Shown: positions 21,060-34,745 of the stretch, piece by piece | How the letters are laid out: the number at the start of each line of letters is the position of its first letter | Numbering within the stretch: position 1 is the first letter of the stretch | Assembly: GCF_020745735.1 (NCBI RefSeq) | Contig: NC_083408.1 | Coordinates: 99,416,484 to 99,480,483, forward strand | Direction: 5' to 3' | DNA length: 64,000 nucleotides | Source of the DNA: Hemiscyllium ocellatum | Taxonomy: Eukaryota | Program-made: the position numbers and the translations under genes | Notes under the pieces: model-generated | Databases searched by the model: none | What the model was told of the DNA's origin: nothing | The model's input: the letters and a program-made list of their open reading frames with translations, nothing else

Positions 21060-23215
21060 AATAGCCTGCAAAATACTTAAAAAAAGAGGAGACAAGGCAG
21101 ATGCAGGTAACATGTTTCCCCTTGTTGAGGAGTTTAAAATCAGAGGGCACAACTTCAAAATGAGGGGGATGCCACTTAATCTGAGGTGAGCAGAACTTAC
21201 TTTTCATTTGGAGAATTGTAAACCTTTGCAATTCTCTACCACAGAGGGCTGGGAAGCTCAGTGTTTGCGTATGTTTACGATATAAATCAATGAATTTCCA
21301 ATAACCAGTGATATACATTGATATGGTCTTGTGAGTTGGGGATGGAGTTGCTGTGTAGAAGTGTTGAGTCAATCATAAATATACTGAATGTTGGGGCAGG
21401 CTTGATAGGTTGAAAGTTCTATTGTTGTTCCAGTGTTCTTGAATACATAATACTTAATATGAGGTATGCTTAAGGTTTATGAATCTGAAAACAGACAGAG
21501 CCTCAAAGAATACAAAGATAGCAGGAAAGAACTCAAACAAGGAATTATGAAGGTTAAAAGGAGGTCACAAAAGGTATTTGACAAACTGAATTACGGAAAG
21601 TTCCCAGATGTTTTATACATACGTAAGGAGCAAGAGGGTAGCTCGGGAAAGGGTAGGTCCACTCAAGGATAAAAGGAGAGAATTTCTACATGAAGCCACA
21701 GGAAGTGGGCGAGGTCCCTAATGAGAAGGACATTAGTAAATGGTGAGTCTTGGGAGGAGAATGTTGATATTCTGGCATATGTCAATATAAAAAAAGAGGC
21801 GATTGGTGTTTTACAAAACATGAAGGTGGACAAATCTCCAAGACCTGATGGGATCTATCCCAGAATGCTGAAAGAGGCAGGTGAGGAAATTGTTGGGGCC
21901 TTGTATAAAACCTTTAGTGTTCTCTTTAATCACAGGAGAGGTCCCAGAAGGCTAAGATTAGCCAATGGCGTTCTTTTGTTTAAGAAGGGCAACAGGGATA
22001 ATCAAGGAAATTACAGACTAGTGAGTCTTGCATCAGTGGTAGGGAAATTATTGAAGATGATTTTTAGGGGTGAGATTTACTCACATGTGGAAAGATATAA
22101 ATTTATTAGCTTGGTGCAGGGAAGGTCATGTCTTACAGGTTTGATTGAATTTTTTGAGGAAGTGACAAAGATGATTGATGAGGGCAGTTTGGAAGCCTGC
22201 ATGGACTTCAGCATCATTGACAAGGTCCCTCATGGCTGGCTGATGCAAAAGGTGAAGTCACAGGATATTCACATTGAGCTGTTAAGATGTATACAGAAGT
22301 GGCTTATTCATGGAAGAGAGAAAGTAGCAGTGTAAGGGTGTTTTTGTTTTGACTGGAGATCTGTGACTGGTAGTGTTCCACAAGGATCAGTGCTAGAATT
22401 CCTGTTGTTTATAGTATGTATGAAACTATGTGGAGGAAAATATAAGTGGTCTGATTTATAATTTTGTGGACAACACAAAGATTGGAGAAGCTGCGGATAG
22501 CAAGGAGAATTGTCAGAGGATACAGATAAGCTGGAGATTTGGATGGAGTTCAATCCGGACAAATGCAAAGGGATGCATTTCGAGAGATCTCATATAGGAG
22601 TGAAGTATGCAGTAAATGGCAGAACTTTTAAGAACATCAGCATACAAAAGGATCTCAGCGTACAAATCCATAATGGCAACACAAATGGATAAGGTGATCA
22701 GAAAGGCATTTGGCATACGTCCTTCATCAGTCAAGGCACAGAGTACAAAAATTGGCAAGCCATGTTGCAGGTGTATAGAACTTTAGTTATTCATATTTAG
22801 AATGCTGAGTACAGTTCTGGACATCATATTATCTGAAGGATATAGGAGGCTTTACAGAGGGAACAGAAACAGTTTGGAGGATATTAGCTATGAGGAGAAA
22901 TTTTCACTTGAACATCAAAGGATGAGGAGAGACCGAATAGAAATTTACAAAATTATGAGAAGCATGGATAGTCAGAGTCTTTTTCCAAGGGTAGAAATGT
23001 CAATTATTATGCGATGTAGGTTTAAGGTAAAAAAAAGGGGGAACGATTAAAGGAGATGTGATAGGCGAGTTCTATTTTTTACAAAAAGGGTGGAAAGTGC
23101 CTGGTGTGCTGCCAGAGGAGGTGGTGGAGGCAAATACAATAGCAAAGTTTAAGAGGCATCTTGACAGAAGCATGAATAGACAAAGAATAGAGGGATAGCG
23201 ATCGGATAGAGGCAA
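21060..23215 (+). mobile_element. CR1 LINE fragments (short 3' piece followed by a long RT fragment)
   Basis: VDKSPRPDGIYPRMLKE, LFKKGNRDNQGNYRLVSL, GRSCLTGLIEFFEEVT and PQGSVL motifs. Confidence 0.88.
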
Positions 23216-23645
23216 ATTATTCTGTTCATCCTTTAACCTTAGATCTTTTTTGGCTTCAGTAACTTATTTCTTGCTGGATCTGATCTTTGATGGCCTGCTT
23301 TAGATTTCTTTGACCCAAGACATTACCTCATTTCCTTTATTTAAATCCACGTCTTCAATGTACAAATATACATTTCCAGATTTGGTACTCAGAAATTCAA
23401 TCAACAATTTTCTTTGATTTGTGAAAATTAACTTAGTGGCACAGCTTTTCAAAAAGATTATATTTGTCAAATGATTCTGAATAGGTTAAAGTGAACAGGC
23501 AGTCTGTTGTCACACCTCAGGCAATGGGCAAAGCAAACTGTTCAAACATTTTTTTACTTTTAGGGATAAGTTAAAACTACCTATGATGACAACTTAAAAT
23601 TATATTGTGCTACAAGATTTCTAATTCAATTCAAAGAATACCTAC

Positions 23646-23748
23646 TTTGCAGCAATTCTGTTATCAGGTTCATTATTTCTTTTGTAGAAACTGTTGCTGT
23701 CGCTCCACCTCCTGATTTCTGTGTTTTGACTCTACTTTTCTTGCCCAT
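23646..23748 (-). CDS. SETD3: SETD3 first coding exon (actin-histidine N-methyltransferase), aa 1-34
   Basis: Reverse strand translates MGKKSRVKTQKSGGGATATVSTKEIMNLITELLQ(K), matching the vertebrate SETD3 N-terminus. 103 nt; acceptor ...acaacAG just upstream of the ATG; donor GTAGG. Confidence 0.95.
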
Positions 23749-24879
23749 TGCTCTGTTGTAAAATAAAACACAAACATCTCACATTAAATAAATCTCTGAA
23801 AAGGCCATGGTATGCCACAGTTTTCCCCTCAATTATTACAATACTTTTTTTTGAGGAAAGTTAGGCTTCAAACATCTTACTGTTGCAATATGTCTATCTT
23901 ATTGTGTAAATCCATAAATGTGCCAGAAGACCTGCAGCTTAAAGCTGAAAATTCACCTCAAAGTTAAGTCAGACAGTCAGTATTCAATAGTCTTCAAAAA
24001 TTAAACTAATAATTATTCTGGTGAAAGGTCACGGTTTTAATTTATTACCAGAGAGCCTTTCTACCAAAGTAATAAATGAAAGAATATAAAAATTATGTTA
24101 GCCTTCCAGAGCAAGGGATCAGTGTGCAGGGATTCATATAAGGTGTATGTTAAATGAGCATGACCATAATTACATTAAAGGGAGTAAGATACAACCACAA
24201 ATCCTGCAAGGAGAAATGGGATGGAAACCCAAAAGGTGAACAATAGAATAGTGGCTCAAGAGAAATCGATTTCAGTATTCCTTATAATTTACATGAACAA
24301 CCTGGATTCATTGCTACCCTACCAAAGCATTCACACCTACCAAAGTAAAGCAGCCAAAATGTAACTGGACCAAGTTATGAGAAATGAAATTCAGTATGAG
24401 TAACTGAAATATTAACAGAGAAAGAACAATTGAGTGACAGATGGAACTTATGAATAGCTAGAAGTAAATCTTTAAAAAAAGTGATTTAAGGAGATGACTA
24501 GACACAGAACTTAAAATGTCCAGAAGTTACACTGCAGCAACATCAAACCAACATAATGTATGTCTATATAGCCAAAACTGTGGAGCACAATCCAGAGGAG
24601 GTACTGTTAAGACTGTGCAATGTTTTTGTCAGATTATGCACTAAGCACTGATTTTAGTCACTGAAGATGAGAATGACACCCTTACTCTTAGTGTGGAATA
24701 TAGACAAAAAAAAAGCTCCTTTGATGTGACAGAGGCCTGCATTACAGTCAAAGGCTGGACTATTCAATCTTGAAAGCAGTAACGAGATGGAAATCTTATT
24801 ATTTTTTTCTAAATAAGTAAATATTTCAAGACAAAATAGTAATAGTAAGTAAGGAAAACCAGCAAAAAGGCAAGCTTTG

Positions 24880-25820
24880 TTTAAATTCATTCACAGAATG
24901 TTGGTATCACCAGCATGGTCAGCATTTGTCCCTTATTCTAATAGACCTTGAAAGATGGTGGTGACAGAGCATCTTGATGCACAGCAATTCCTTTTTGTGA
25001 AGATACTCCCCACAATAAGGATTTCCAGAATTTTTACCCGATGATTAAAAAAAAACTCGATACGTTTCCTAGTCAGGTTAGTGTGCCACTTTGGAGTGTA
25101 TTTTTTAGGTGTTACTTTTCCCATTAAGGTCTTGCCTTTGCTTTCTTGGGACAAAGCCATGGGTTTCAAGGGTGCGAGTGAAACATTTTTGGTGAGTTTC
25201 CAGTTCGTGGGTCAGATTATTGCCAGTGCTTTGGAGCAAAAAACAAAGAAAATTACAACACAGAGACAGGCCCTTCGGAACATCAAACATCCTATTTTTT
25301 AAGGATCTATATCCCTCTGCTCCCTGCCCATTCATGTATCTGTCTAGATACATCTTAAATGATGATATCATGCCTGCCTCTATCGCCTCCACTGGCAAAG
25401 CATTCCAGGCACCCACCACTCTCAGTGGAAATGTAGGGAGTGAACATTTTAGACGGTTGATAGATCGCTGATCAGGTGCTTCACCCTGCATGATGTGGAG
25501 CTTCTGGAATGGTGTCAAAGCTGTGCTCATCCAGGCAAATGGAGGGTATTTCTTCACATTGCTGACCTGCACCTTGTGGTTGGTTGAGGAGTGAGGGAGT
25601 GAATCAAGATAATCTAACCTCCTGTCTCTCCTTGGAATCAAAGTGTTTATGCAGCTGATCCAGTCAAATTTCTGGATAATGGCAACCCCTATGATAATGG
25701 AAATCTAATAATAATGCCATTAAATATCAAGGAGAAAGGGTGAGACATTCTCATTGCTCAGATGGTCATTATCCGGAACTTAATTAAATGTGAATGTTAC
25801 TAATCATAGATTATTCAGTG
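24880..25820 (-). mobile_element. Old non-LTR (CR1-group) 3' fragment with a nested CR1 3' end at ~25240-25420
   Basis: Minus ORF remnants KVQVSNVKKYPPFAWMSTA and LRVVGAWNALPVEAIEAG. Confidence 0.6.
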
Positions 25821-26449
25821 ACAATGAATGTTGTCCGGGTCATACTTTGTTATTTAAAAAATGTACTTTATTCATAAAAAGTCTTTATATACATAATCAC
25901 TAGAGCAGTTCAATTCTGTACAGTCTACATATATGGAGACCAAAACAAACCCAAGGCATTTCTTACTTACACAAGATAAGATTTACATAAATTTGAGGCA
26001 CCAGGAGGGCCCAATAACTGAATGGACCTCCAGGTTACTTTGGCAGATGGTGGTCTTTCCCCACTGCACCTTGGTGGAAGCTGCACCAAGCTTTTGTGCA
26101 TCCCTCAGGACATAGTCCTGGTTCTTGGAATCTGCCAGTCTGCAATACTCAGTCAAGTTCAACTCGGTCGTTCTGGAATACCAACAAGTTTCGGGCAAGT
26201 CAAAGGGCATCTTTCATGAATTGATGGCCCTCCAGACGCAGTCAATGTTTGTCTCAATGAACGTCAAGAAGAATAGCAGAGTCCTACATCACGGTGCTGC
26301 TCGGGACAAACCTTGACAAAAACCACTGCATCTCTCTCCAGACGTCCTTTGTGTAGGCATGTTCTAGCAAAAGATGTGTGACAGTTTCTCACCCCCATAG
26401 CTACTTCGAGTACTGCAGAGAGTCAGGACGTACACGTAAAACCTCATAG

Positions 26450-27172
26450 GCAAATCGGGGCAGGACTTCTACACTTAATAGTAAGGCCTTGGAGAGTGGT
26501 TGCTGAACAAGAGACCTTGGAGTTCTGTGAAAGTAGAGTCGCAGGTAGACAGGATAGTGAAGGAGGCATTTAATATGCTTGACTCTTGTCTTTATTGATC
26601 AGTGCATTGAAAATAGAAATTGGGAAAACAGAAATAAAAAATGTTGCATCACTGCAGGACAGTCTATTGGAATACTGTGTGCAATTCTGGTCTCCCTGCT
26701 ATAGGAAGGATGTCGCGAAACTTGAAAGGGTTCAGGAGAGATTTAGAAGGAAGTCTTCAGGGTTGAAGGGTTTTAGCTATAGGGACAGGCTGAATCGGAT
26801 GGGGTTATTTTCACTGGAGCGTCGGAGACTGAGGGGTAACCTCAAATGTTTATAGAATCATGAGGGGCACGGATAGGGTAAACAGACAAGGCTTTTTCCC
26901 TGGGGTGGGGGCGTCCAAAACTAGAGAGCATAGGTTTAAAGTGAGAAGGGAAAGATTGAAAAAGGGATCTAAAGGACAACTTTTTCATGCAGAGGGGGTG
27001 TGTGTATGGAATGAGCTGCCAGATGAACTGATGGAGGCTGGTACAATTACAACACTTAATAAGCATCTGAATAGGTATATGACCCAAATGCTGCTAAATG
27101 GGACTAGATTTATTTAGTAAATTCACTTGGGCCAAAGGGTCTGTTTCCATGCTGTACAGCTCTATGACTCTA
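26450..27172 (+). mobile_element. CR1 3' fragment
   Basis: LEYCVQFWSPCYRKDVAKLERVQ...; CTCTATGACTCTA tail. Confidence 0.88.
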
Positions 27173-27177
27173 CAAAT

Positions 27178-27499
27178 TTAGATTAGATTAGATTACACAG
27201 TGTGGAAACAGGCTCTTCAGCCCAACAAGTCCACACCGACCCTTCAAAGAGCAACCCACCCAGAACCATTCCCCTACATTTATCCCTTCACCTAAGACAA
27301 CAGGCAATTTAGCATGGCCAATTCACCTAACCTGCACATGTTTAGACTGTGGGAGGAAACCGGAGCACCCGGAGGAAACCCACACAGACATGGGGAGAAT
27401 GTGCAAACTCCACACAGACAGTTGCCCGAGGAGGGAATTGAACTCGGGTCTCTGGCGCTGTGAGGCAGCAGTGCTAACCACTGTGCCACCGTGCTGCCC
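27178..27499 (-). mobile_element. HE1-like SINE, full length
   Basis: tRNA-like head with A/B boxes, conserved core, CR1-like tail, (TCTAA)n. Confidence 0.88.
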
Positions 27500-27974
27500 T
27501 AAATTTAGGTCATGCCCTTCTCACCACTAGCCAAGCAATATCTTGGTGCTTTCTGGAAGATTCTGGTGATGTGGCATTCTTTGATTTTGACAATCTGCTA
27601 AGGGAACAAGGTATCCACCCTCTCCTTATCCCGCAGGATCTCGAGGACGCTACACGCTGACCACTTCCTGATGGACTTGTGGTCAAAGGTGTTTTTCTTT
27701 GCAAATTTCTCCACGAAGGATAGGCGATACAGAACTGTTTGGTTACTTGGAGTGTTCTGAGGAGAAGAGGCCAGTCCCATCCTTCTAAACACTGGGTACA
27801 GTTAGAACCTCAGTACTTAGTGGCACGGTGTTTGTGCACTGAGGGTTTACACGCAGCTTGATGCAGCTGCACACAATGATGACCATCAGGATGAGTGCAG
27901 CATAGGGTACATTCTTCCCCCTGCTTATCAAGAGCTTTGCACATGTGAGACATGGTCCATCTTAGACCTCCAAA

Positions 27975-28160
27975 TTAGATTTGATTAGATTAAATTAGAT
28001 TCCCTACAATATGGAAACAGGTCCTTCGGCCCAACAAGTCCACACTGACCCTCCGAAGAGTAACTCATCCAGACCCATTCCCCTACCCTATATTTACCCC
28101 GACTAACACACCTAACACCACAGGCAATTTAGCTTGGCCAATTCACCTAACCACATATTT
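27975..28160 (-). mobile_element. HE1-like SINE 3' half
   Basis: Matches the tail of the 27178-27499 copy. Confidence 0.8.
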
Positions 28161-28212
28161 TTGAATTGTGACTGCAATGGTGCAAGTTCAAATAATGGGC
28201 CATAACTGCACC

Positions 28213-29324
28213 ATGTTCAGCAAGGCGTTCGATAAGGTTCCCCACAGTAGGCTATTATACAAAATGCAGAGGAATGGGATTGTGGGAGACATAGCAGTTT
28301 GGATCAGTAATTGGCTTACTGAAAGAAAACAGAGGGGTGTAGTTGATGGAACATGTTAATCTTGGTGTCCAGTTACTAGCAGCGTACCGCAAGGGTCGGT
28401 GTTGGGTCCACTGCTGTTTGTCATATTTATAAATGACCATGAGGGCTTAGAAGGGTGGGTTAATTAATTTGCAGATGACACGAAGGTCGATGGAGTTATG
28501 GATAGTGACAAAGGATGTAGTATGTTGCAGAGAGACATAGGATGCAGAGCTGGGCTGAGAGGTGGCAAATGGAGTTTAATGTGGACAAGTGTGAGGTGAT
28601 ACACTTTGGACAGAGTAATTGGAATTCAAAGTACTGGGCTAATGGTAAGACTCTTGGGAGTGCAGATGAGCACTCAGTGTCCATGTACACAGATTCCTGA
28701 AAGTTGCCATTCAGATTGACAGGGTTGTTAAGAAAGCATACAGTGTTTTGGCCTTTATTAATAGAGGGATTGAGTACCAGAGGTTATGCTGCAGCTGTAC
28801 AAAGCTCTGGTATGGCCACACTTTAGAGTATCATGTAGTGTTCTTATAAGGCATTATAAGAAGGATGTGGAAGCTTTGGAAAGGGTGCAGAGGAGATGTT
28901 GCATGGTATGTCTTACGAGGAAAGGCTGAGGGCTTTGAGGCTGTTCTTGTTAGAGAGAAGAAGGTTGAGAGGTGACTTAATAGAGACATACAAGATAATC
29001 AGAGGGTCAGATAGGGTGGACAGGGTGAGCCTTTTTCCAAGAATGGGAACAGCAAACACGAGGGGACAAAACTTTAAAGTGAGGGGAGATATGTATAAGA
29101 CAGATGTCAGAGGTAGTTTCTTTACTCAGAGTAGTAAGGGTATGGAATGCTTTGCCTACAACAGTAGTAGATTCGCCAAGTTTAAGTGCATTTAAGTCAT
29201 CATTGGACAGGCATATGGACGTACATGGAATAGTGTAGGTGGGATGGGCTTCAGATTAGTATGACAGGGCAGCACAACATCGAGGGCTGAGGAACCTGTA
29301 CTGCGCTGTAATGTTCTATGTTCT
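28213..29324 (+). mobile_element. CR1 3' fragment
   Basis: [21 protein letters not shown] and FADDTK motifs; (TGTTCTA)n tail. Confidence 0.9.
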
Positions 29325-29799
29325 AACAGAGAGAGTACCTCACATCTGATGACCAGATTTTTACCTACAGCGGAGAGAGTGTGGTGCTCCCAAAAGCCCA
29401 ATTTCTGCCTCACCTTGGCAATATACTCCTCCCAAGTTTTGGCACACACCCTGGCTCTTCAGAATAATTTTTGCAGGACTTTCAAGTAATCTGGCCTGAC
29501 GGCAAAGGGGGTTAAAGGATTGGTCGACTGAGGTCCCAAAGAACATGGCCTTTCTCTTATCTCAATTTACCTTAGCTCCCAAGGCAAATTCAAACTGGTC
29601 ACAGATGTTCATGAATCTGTACACGGACAATGGATCTGAGCAGAAAACAGCGATATATCAACTATGTAGAGGGAGGCTTGGACCAGCAGGCTTCCGCTGC
29701 CTGCAAGAGTCTTCCCTCTCAGGCTTGCATCCTGCCTGATGGACTCAGCAAAAGGCTCTGTACAACACAAAACCAAGGCAGGAAAGAATGGGCAGTCAT

Positions 29800-30868
29800 G
29801 CCTGACGTCAGACTTGATCTCAAAACTTCAAGACCCAGGTCTCAGATCCACCTTTTGCAACTGGATCCTTGGCTTCCTGACCCATAGACCGCAGTCAATG
29901 AAAATAGACAACTGCAGGTAACACTAAATACTGGAGCCTCCCCAAGGATGTGTTCTCAGTCCCCTACTGTACTCCCTGTACACCCACAACTGTGTAACCA
30001 AATTCCGAATGAATGCCATCTACAAGTTTGCTGATGACACCACCTGGTAAGACGGATATCAAACAACGATGAGTCAGAATATAGAAAGGAGAGAGAGGGG
30101 TCAGTGATGTGATGCAATGATAACAACCTCTATCTCAATGTCGGCAAAACAAAGAACTGATTATTGCCTTCAAAAAGAAAGGAGGAGTACACGCCCCCAT
30201 TAACATCAACGGAGCGGAGGTTAAGAGCGTTAAGTTCCTAGGAGTGATGATAACTGACGAACTATCCTGGATTTTCAGAGGTATGACGAACAAGGCGGCA
30301 CAAGAAGGCCTCTTCTTCCTCAGGTGGCTCAGGAAATTTAGCATGGCCATAGGACTCTCACCAACTTTCACAGATGCACCAGAGAAAGCAAACTGTCCAG
30401 GGACATAACAGCCTAGGATGGCAACAGTTCTGCCCAGGACTGTATGAAACTACAGAAGTTGGTGTGCACAGCCCAGACCATCACGGAAGCCAACCACCCA
30501 TCCATGGACTCCACTTACATGTCTCATCACAGAAAGGCTGCCAACATTATCAAAGACCCATCTCACCTCAGTAATGCTCTCCTATAACCTGTCCTGTCAG
30601 GGAGAAAAGATGCGAAAGCTTGGACACATGCACCAGCAGACTCAAGAAGAATTTCTTACCTGTACCCTCTAACTTCAAATAATATTGATCTTGTTAATGT
30701 TGATCTTGCTTTGTGCATGTCCTGTGCAGTGTAACCTCTATTCCTTACTTTGTCCAAGTTTATTCACCCTATGATCTGTATGTCCTTGCTTACTAGGAAC
30801 TGCCTGAACTGCTCGCAAACAAAGCTTTTCATTGTACTTAGGTACACACGACAATAAATCAAATCAAG
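29800..30868 (+). mobile_element. Rex1/Babar-type LINE 3' fragment
   Basis: LISKLQD..CNWILGFLTHRPQS, QGCVLSPLLYSLYTHNC and YKFADDTT motifs; AATAAATCAAATCAA tail. Confidence 0.75.
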
Positions 30869-32191
30869 CAATCTAAATCTGCCAGAATCAAAAACATCTT
30901 ATCAGCATCCTCTTTCTTGGTAAACCAGGACAGGAAGTGCTCATCAGGTATTATAGCCTCACCCTGTGCTTCTAAGTTCATATCATTCTCTCGGTCTGAC
31001 TCCACCTCTTAGTAATGGCTTACCCTTCACATGCTGGTAGAAAACTTTTGGATTCCCTTTTATGTCGGCTGGATTTACTGGCATTGCCACTGCAGGGGGT
31101 ACCCTCAAATGCCAGTGTCAAGAGGTGTGCCAGCAACATGGAAGATGTCCAGTGGCTGAGAGAGAGGCAGTCAGCTGGGCGACCAGTGGGACAGTGAGAG
31201 AAAGATAGCAGCAAAGACTGCACTACTTCTGGCTCTGGTTTCATTGTGGTATTGGCAACAATTATGGTATGAACAGAACCAACTTCTGTGGCAGGAGATT
31301 CACCATTTATGTCAACTCTTATTTAATAATTTCTCACTGCCTTCTAATTAAACAGCTCAAAAGCCCTCCGACATTAGTTGGGACTAAAAAGGAGAGGAAG
31401 GATGATGCAAAAAAATGGAAGACCAGGTTACTAAAGAAATAGATCATCAAGAGCCTTAATGCTGAAAATCATTGAAAGCTTGGCAATAAACTATTATTCA
31501 TATACATGCTGTAAAGAACAAAGTGACCATCTACAGAAGGTATTGTCATAAGCAAAAGGGAGATTATAATAGAATTTCTAGGCACCAGATTAAAGATGTT
31601 AAGAGGTGGAGGCTGCGAAACAGTTGCAGATTAATACCATGGACACAACAGGGCAGAAAGCTAATATAAATAGGAAATCAGTAAAACAATAATTACCAAT
31701 GTAATGAAGTGTACAACCAAATGTTTACTCGCTTGCCATATAATTTCAAGTCAATGCCAGTCAAGTCATTTGACAAGATATGCCTCATCCCAATAATAGG
31801 TTTCTGACAGAAATGTACAAGTTTTAAAAGTGTCTTCTTTAGATACTGAATAAGGTAGTGCTTCAACTTCAAATAGCAGCCTGCTATATGTCATGTTCAA
31901 GCAGTTAGGCAAGTTCTGATCAGATGGTATATCCAAGCAAATGGGGATCAACTTTCTTTCAGAATCCAAATGCTGATACAAACTTAACAACAAATAAACT
32001 CAAGACAGTTCTGGAATTTGTTGAAGCAATTATTGCCTCCACAAAAAGATAGTTTTACACAACTTACCACGAAACACACAGTATCTCACAATTTGCAAGG
32101 ATCCAGCTTAACACTTACTGTTCAAATTTCATTCCTCAAGCTTCTCTTTCTAAAAATGAATCCTATTTTATCAACATATAATATACAACAG

Positions 32192-32425
32192 AGTCGAGAG
32201 TGTGGTGCTGCAAAAGCACACAGTCGGTCAGGCAGCATCCATGGAACAGGAGAACTGACGTTTGAGCATAAGCTCTTCATTAGGAAACTGATTTCTGATG
32301 AAGCGTTTATGCTCAAAACTTCCATTCTCCTGCTCCTCAGATGCTGCCTGACTGGCTGTGCTTTTCCAGCTCCACACTCTCATCTCTGATCTCCAGCATC
32401 TGCAGCCCTCACTTTCTCCTTTATT
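32192..32425. mobile_element. Short fold-back Penelope-derived element (diverged; hammerheads mutated)
   Basis: Imperfect inverted repeat around ~32290 with the same unpaired tail as the 7824 and 35849 copies; TSD ATATACAACAG (32181-32191, 32426-32436). Confidence 0.8.
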
Positions 32426-33166
32426 ATATACAACAGTCAGCAGTTTGGCCAAACGTGGTAATAGTTGATGTTTTATAGAAAAAGGTCAACAAACCCACCC
32501 GGGAAACACAACGGAGAAATACAACACAGATTGCACCATACAAGTCAACCTTTGAAGCTTTGAAAAATCCTTCCATAAACAGGGGTTGACTTGTACCGAA
32601 GTATAAAAATATGAACTACCAGTAGCATGGTAATGGTCGCCATTATGAAGTGCAAAAACAATCACAGTAGCAATTCAAATTAAAAATCAATCTGTTTGTT
32701 GCATTTAAACAAAATAATTCTGTTAGGATAGCTTTGAACCATAATCATAAAGAATTTTTTTAAAAACCCATCAAATTCACTGTCATAAGTTCTCTCAAAT
32801 TCATCTAGTTCCTTTGGCTTTGGTATCATTATAAGGATCCCATTTTATATCGGATTTGGTGTTTTTGGATTCAAGGTCATACCTCTACAACAAATAAGTT
32901 TCTTTATGATTTGAATGTTTGGGTACTGGGTGTACGTCAGTTTGTAGACATTTCATACATGTCGTAAATTTGACATAATGTATATGCATATTCTAATGAA
33001 AAGTCACTGCCAACTGATAATTTTGGCGCTGAGGTCTTTTAGTAGCCTCCGAGTGATCTTGATCTTCTACTGCCACATTATGTTTTCTAGTGACATCAAG
33101 TAGCTATTGGACTGAAATTTGTGCTGGACTCAGAATTTGATTTGGCCCACTTAAAGTAGCCATATC

Positions 33167-33248
33167 AGTAGCATGGTTGAGTGGTCTGAGATGCTAGATT
33201 TAGACTACAGTCTCCTCAGAGGCATGGCTTTGAATCCCACTGCTACCA
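33167..33248 (+). pseudogene. tRNA-Leu(TAG) pseudogene
   Basis: 82 nt colinear with vertebrate tRNA-Leu-TAG (..GATTTAG.C..CAGTCTC..GAATCCCAC.GCT.CCA), with many CpG-type transitions. Confidence 0.75.
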
Positions 33249-33553
33249 GCAAGTTGTTTTTGATATTTACAAGTTCTGTTGATTTTGCTGATATGAATGC
33301 AGTTTAATATTTATATTGCATATGTGTCCCTACCCCAGACCAACAGGCCTGGGTTCAAGTCCCACCTGCTCCAGAGATGTATGATAGCAACTGTGAACAG
33401 GTTTGTTTCTATAAAAAAAACACACACTGCATTGTAACCATTCTAAAAGTTTTTAAGCATTCATTCTGATGCACGTTTCTCAAAGGTCAAGCATGTTTCT
33501 TGTCCATATTCTAATGGCAGATTTGGTCTTGGACATCTTCTTCAAGGCTGACT

Positions 33554-33849
33554 TTAGATTAGATTCCCTACAGTGTGGAAACAGGCCCTTTGGCCCAGTC
33601 AGTCCATACCGACCCTCCGAAGAGTAATCCACCCAGGCCCATTTCCCTCTGACTAATGAGCTCAACACTATGGGCAATTTAGCATGGCAATCCAACTAAC
33701 TTGCACATCTTTGCACTGTGGGAGGAAACCCACGCAGACATGGGGAGAATGTGCAAACTCCACACAGACAGTTGCCTGAGGCTGGAATTGAACCTGGGAC
33801 CCTGGTGCTGTGAGGCAGCAGTGCTAACCACTGAGCCACCGTGCCGCCC
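33554..33849 (-). mobile_element. HE1-like SINE, full length
   Basis: Same head, core and tail as the other copies. Confidence 0.88.
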
Positions 33850-34639
33850 CTCTTCCATTTTCACCAGTTTCTCATTAATGCCTAATTGCAGTATAGTTAT
33901 TTGATGAGTCGACAAATGCTACAACTTCTGACTTCAAACCAGTTCAAATTTCATTCATTTTGCTGGGGCAGCCATTTCTTTTCTGGGAACCCATTTCTTT
34001 GTCACCAGTCATGATCTGCTGTGTGTGGGCATGTATTACATTCCTGCACATCATCTTGGCAAAACTCTTATTACCTTTAGATCCCATGCAGCAACTTAAA
34101 ATATATGTGTAGCATTTATATAACTACATTATAAGAGTTGCAAAATTGAACCTAATGAGAGATGCAAATATAACTCGAAAGATGTATTTATTAGCTGAAA
34201 GATGGGAAGGATGTAATGCCAAGCATGAACCCAAAAATGCATTTTGCCACCAAACATGGCACAAAAAGGTTGTCCCATACACCACATTGTACAATAAGAT
34301 TAGGTCCTTCTAATTGCTGAGCAAAGGAGCATGACAAGAATTCATTGCAAATTTAAGCTCATGACATTTACTCAACAAATTTATTTCTCTACGGTTGATC
34401 TTGCTTGCTTCATCACAATCAGAACAGTAAAGTCTATAAACAACTTGAGTTAATTGCACATCTGACCCATCGGACCCTGTCTTATTTCTTTACTGATGGC
34501 ATGCATTTATAGCTTTTTTTTGGCTTTATTTCAGAATTTCAGCAATATCGGTTCCTATCTATTTCATCCCATCACAACTGTATTGAACATTTGGATAATG
34601 TACTAGCTAATCTAAAGGAGTTTATTTTTATTTCGTTTC

Positions 34640-34745
34640 TCTTAATCATCGATGTTCAGAGATGTTATTAGACGTGTCTGGAGAAAGGTGGAACTTGAAC
34701 CCAGGCCTCCTATCCAGGGGCAGAGAGGGTACCACTGTGCCACAA
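34640..34745 (-). mobile_element. Short tRNA-derived SINE (related copies at ~33320-33405 and ~53445-53520 on +)
   Basis: Shared GGCCTGGGTTCAAGT(C/T)C..CC....TCCAGA motif in three places. Confidence 0.5.

Larger units (their letters stand above)
25845..31340 (-). mobile_element. L1/Tx1-clade LINE remnant split by nested insertions
   Basis: Collinear minus-strand pieces QDYVLRDAQKLGAASTKVQWGK (~26000), KFAKKNTFDHKSIRKWS (~27650) and WEEYIAKVRQKLGFWEHHTLSAVGKNLVIRCEVLSLL (~29400); A-rich 3' end with AATAAA near 25870. The 5' boundary is uncertain. Confidence 0.65.

Noticed and set aside
33167-33248. Functional tRNA genes (also 16897-16978)
   Set aside because: Broken stems and mutated A/B boxes; called pseudogenes.
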